This document shows positions 60,388-64,000 of a DNA stretch of 64,000 nt, piece after piece. Source of the stretch: Tricharina praecox (taxonomy: Eukaryota); the NCBI RefSeq assembly GCF_024521635.1, contig NW_026250403.1, positions 992,001-1,056,000 of the forward strand, given 5' to 3'. The notes below the pieces were generated by a model that ran no database searches, was not told where the DNA came from, and saw nothing but the letters and a program-made list of their open reading frames with translations. The translations under genes and the position numbers were made by a program. Each line of letters opens with the position of its first letter. Within the stretch, counting starts at the first letter, position 1.

Positions 60388-61956
60388 ATGCGTCTCCTCC
60401 TCTTCCTCCCGGTTCTAAGCGCTTTGTTGGCACCCACGCTCGCCAGCGCGGTCCCGCAGCAGCAATCCGCGCCCTGGGGCGAAAAAACCGACGGCCGCGT
60501 CGAGCAATTCCGCAACATGTGGAAGGACCGCCAGGCGGGGCGGCAGCCGGGAAAGATGGAGAAGCTCGTGGGCAACGCCGAAGACCGCGAGCACGGGAAG
60601 TACACCAATCCCAAGCCGTACACGCAGATGGGCGGTGGAATGAGTGGTGCGCCTCCTCCTCCTCCGAAGGAGCAGCCGAAGAAACAGCAGCCCCAGCAGC
60701 AGCCCAAGCAGCAGCAGAAGAAGAAGAAGAATGGGCCTCCTCCTCCCTCCACCGGTGGGAAGAAGAAGGGCGGCTCTGGCGGGCTGCATAAGCGTGGCGG
60801 CGACGATATCTGCAGCCTCACCTCGCTCCAGGGCAACGGAAAGTACCCCGACCCCGAGGACTTCTTCAAGTTCTCCGAGGAGAAGCTCGGGAAGAAGTAC
60901 AGTCCGGCGGAGCTGGAGGCAGCGCGCGACCACCTTGCGACGCAGCTTGCCGCCGCCGCGAAGCGCGATCAGGAGCGTAAGAGCGACGACCCCCCGCCCG
61001 TCCAGTGCGATGACGAGTTCCTTGCGTTCGCCGGCATCCCCAAGGAGGAGGTGGCCCCGCCCGCGCCCAACGTCATCGAGGTCGAGGCGAAGAAACTCGG
61101 GTTCAAGGACTTGGCCTCCGCGTGCCAGACCAAGAAGGCGACCGCTCCCTGCCCCCTCGCCAACCCCGATGCCAAGTGCGATTACTGCTGCGAGGCCGGC
61201 TACACGGGCGCCAACGAGTTCCAGGACTCCGGGTGCGGCTGCTGCAGCTACGAGTACGCCGGCGGCGACTTCCCGATCGACTTTGCGCAGTTGGCGTTCG
61301 AGTGCCGTCCCTTCAACGACTGTGAGGGTGGCAACGGGAGCGTCGGTGGCCGTGGCGGCGTCCGTGGCGGCCGTGGCGCGGGAGACGGCGGAGACGACAT
61401 CGAAGTCGATGTGTCCACCAACAGGGACACCGAGATCTACGCTGTGTTCGAGGACATCAGGCGCCTGTGCTTCTTCTTCGACTCGAAGAACAACCAGGAC
61501 GTCAACATCAACACGCCGTACGAGGGGGTCGTCGACATCAGGGTCGATACCGAGGACCTCGCTGCTGCTGCTGCTGATGATGGTGATGAGGTCGTGATTG
61601 CCAACTCTCAACCCGGTAGGGATTTCTATCCGGGTTCCCCGGCGAGGGCTGAGAAGTCGGGTGAAACCATCAGCGCTTCCCCGGCGAGGGCCGAGAAGTC
61701 GGGTGAAACCATCCGCGCTTCTAAGGATTACTATCCGGGTTCCCCAGCTCGGGCCGAGAAGTCTGGAGAAATCATCAGCTCTTCCCCGGCGAGGGCCGAG
61801 AAGTCGGGTGAAATCCTCAGCCCTTCCCTGACTGATATTCACTCCCTGGCCGATGCTCACACCAGGGAGGAGTTCGACGCCAAGGCGGCCCAGATCGCGC
61901 CGTACGGCAGAGTTTCGGACGTTGAAATGCTGGGGTTCTTGAATCTGATGGTTTAG
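60388..61956 (+). CDS. Secreted protein, 522 aa, intronless: signal peptide, K/Q/P-rich pro-region, Kex2 site, Cys-rich module and C-terminal SPARAEKSGE repeats
   Basis: 'MRLLLFLPVLSALLAPTLASA' signal, 'LHKR|GGDD' dibasic site, strong GC3 bias, 4 near-identical repeats at 61621-61820. Confidence 0.85.
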   Translation: MRLLLFLPVLSALLAPTLASAVPQQQSAPWGEKTDGRVEQFRNMWKDRQAGRQPGKMEKLVGNAEDREHGKYTNPKPYTQMGGGMSGAPPPPPKEQPKKQQPQQQPKQQQKKKKNGPPPPSTGGKKKGGSGGLHKRGGDDICSLTSLQGNGKYPDPEDFFKFSEEKLGKKYSPAELEAARDHLATQLAAAAKRDQERKSDDPPPVQCDDEFLAFAGIPKEEVAPPAPNVIEVEAKKLGFKDLASACQTKKATAPCPLANPDAKCDYCCEAGYTGANEFQDSGCGCCSYEYAGGDFPIDFAQLAFECRPFNDCEGGNGSVGGRGGVRGGRGAGDGGDDIEVDVSTNRDTEIYAVFEDIRRLCFFFDSKNNQDVNINTPYEGVVDIRVDTEDLAAAAADDGDEVVIANSQPGRDFYPGSPARAEKSGETISASPARAEKSGETIRASKDYYPGSPARAEKSGEIISSSPARAEKSGEILSPSLTDIHSLADAHTREEFDAKAAQIAPYGRVSDVEMLGFLNLMV

Positions 61957-64000
61957 AGAGTAATTGGGGGGGGGGGCTCTGGTGTATGTACGTACGGTGA
62001 AGGTGGCGTTGGCGGCGGTGTCAGGTGGTATTTGATGCGAATGTGTGTGTACCATTGCTTTCTTTTCTCGAGTCTTTCTTTCTTTCCGGCTATAGATAAA
62101 GTAATGTACTCAAGTAGTAATCAAGTTTAGTATCAAACAAAGGGGGAAAGGTAATACCATGACAGCGTGTGTAGATATCTCATGCCATCTTGTCGCATTC
62201 ATATCCTAGATATCAACACCACTACCAGGATAGGCACCGTGTTTACAAGTCTGCTAGACTGAAGAGGTGAGCATTCCATCGGCCATTCCGATACGCGGCT
62301 GTGTGTTTCACGAAGAAACGTTGGTTGCGTAGTTGAGACAGATTCTGTGAGATCACTCGTGTTCCCTAACTGGTCACTCGTCGAGGTCCCTCCGCATGCG
62401 GGGCTATGGCCGTCTGGTTGGGTAAGGGTTCCCCATAATCTAGGTAGATGGCTTGGATGCAAAATAAATTGACGTTCTCTCTCTAATGGACAACCAAGCC
62501 CAGACACCGCAAGAGCGTCGCCGTCGTCTTGATCAAGCCTCATGGCTTGAGCAAAGGATTCTCCGCTTAGCTAGGCCCGCCGTCGCATGGGCTAGCTGTT
62601 CCCTGTGCACCATCAAGTCTCTCCTCACGAAACAAACTCTCAACGAGCGGACCGTTTCTCTCTCCCTGTTTCCTCACACTCACGCCCCCTCCCCCACACA
62701 CTGCCGCTCTCGCTGGCGCCGCCGATAGCAAAGTTGCCACCACAGATTGCCGACAAGGTATTAGAGTAGGGTACGGCAGTTTGAGCTCACAGTGGGTGAC
62801 GTCGAAGGGTGCACGGAGGGTGCAACGGGAAAGCCCGTTTCTCTTCTCCACCCTTCTTCCCCCCACACATCACGGCTTTCCCTTGATCTTCGATGAGGTC
62901 TGGGCACGGATACTACCGGTATATAAATGTTCATCGTGGATTGAAGGTTCTGCCTCTCGACGATCGCGATGGGGCGTGATGCGGGGTGTGGGGAAGGGGA
63001 GTCACCGCGGATGAAGTTCCTTTCCTGCTTGGACAATGGACAATGGACTTTGGAGGGCCACGGACGGTGCTAGGTGGAGCGGACAACATCCCGCGCACTG
63101 TTTCCGCACTCTTTTCTCCCTGGTTGCTTCTGTGGATGTAACTCTGTAACTCTTTCCTCCGTTGGTTGCCTCTGTGTATAATACGAGTATGGATGTACCG
63201 TAACTCTTTTGCTTTTATGGATGTAACGCCGACCGTCATCGATCGCTTCGTATGCAGAGTACGTACTGCTCTATTCCCGACGTTGGTTGCACCAGCCCTC
63301 GGGATTCGAATTGTGTGGGTGCCCACTGGCGCGGTGGGAGATGCGATGCGGCTGTATGGATGGTGGTCTCGATGGGTGGATGGATGTCCCGTCCGGGTCG
63401 TGCTGGTGTGATCGCCGTTAGTTGCTGTGGTTATCGCGAGCCAAGATGGCCGTCGACGTGCGGGGCATTTTGCCGCGGCTTGAACCGTTTGGCGAATCAG
63501 GATCCGCGCAACCAGGGGCCCTCACTTGGCGCAGTTAGCATGGGCCAAGACGCGGCGTGCAAGAGCGAACATCAATCTAAAAGGACTAGAGCACTATCAA
63601 GTCCCGGTGGGTGGTGTTTGGGGAAAACCAGGAACCGTCGGCGTGAGGGTGACGCAAGACGCATGGGCGGTGCTGTGGAAGGTTCCAAAGCGCTTGGCCC
63701 CTTGCGGGAAATGGTCAACTGCTTTCTACACGAAGTTCTTAGCATCGTTGGACGCCCAGGACGCGGCGGTGGCTGTGACAACACCATCATCCATCGCACG
63801 ACCGTGCTAGCTGGTTGGTTGGTACAAAGTGCATCATCATCATCGCAGTGGTTTTCTTGATTCTGCTCCAGCCACATTTTCAAGCGGGCGGGAAGGAAGT
63901 CCTTGTATCGAGGCCGGCAGGTACTGTCATACTCTCCAACTTTGCTTGTTTTCACTTCTGCAAAAGCACTCACGGCGAATAATGTCTTCCCGTTGACCTT

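Noticed and set aside
60415-62055. 546-aa antisense ORF overlapping the secreted protein (similarly 39011-40414, 21752-22768, 12194-12958, 33464-34195)
   Set aside because: These are shadow ORFs expected from high GC3 codon bias on the sense gene and have no recognisable motifs.
1-64000. tRNA, rRNA, telomeric repeats or intact transposons
   Set aside because: I recognised no cloverleaf or rRNA signature, no TTAGGG array, and no transposase, reverse transcriptase or integrase motifs by eye.

Overview
Gene-rich eukaryotic DNA from a filamentous ascomycete (Pezizomycotina; short GT-AG introns with CTRAC-like branch points, many microsatellites, no prokaryotic features). About 16 protein-coding genes can be reconstructed by eye: Xaa-Pro aminopeptidase, PAN3, APC4, importin-beta (KAP95), proteasome alpha-1 (SCL1), a VHS/GAT protein, a Sac2/INPP5F-like SacI phosphatase, an AA11 LPMO (with an apparent 1-nt frameshift before its GPI-type tail), an N2227/carnosine N-methyltransferase-like protein, a 603-aa orphan, a SulP sulfate permease, a small Cys/His protein, an HSPA12-like Hsp70, a Q-rich coiled-coil protein, a C2H2 zinc-finger protein and a secreted Cys-rich repeat protein. 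The top hypothesis is that the atypical Hsp70 and its upstream co-oriented neighbour, whose C-terminus resembles a GrpE/MIEAP-type beta-domain, form a chaperone plus nucleotide-exchange-factor-like gene pair with Q-rich prion-like N-termini. Other highlights are a candidate H/ACA snoRNA upstream of KAP95, a 46-bp minisatellite with transition-only variation and a palindromic hairpin array. All calls come from manual motif recognition. No database searches were run, and exon boundaries are my own predictions.
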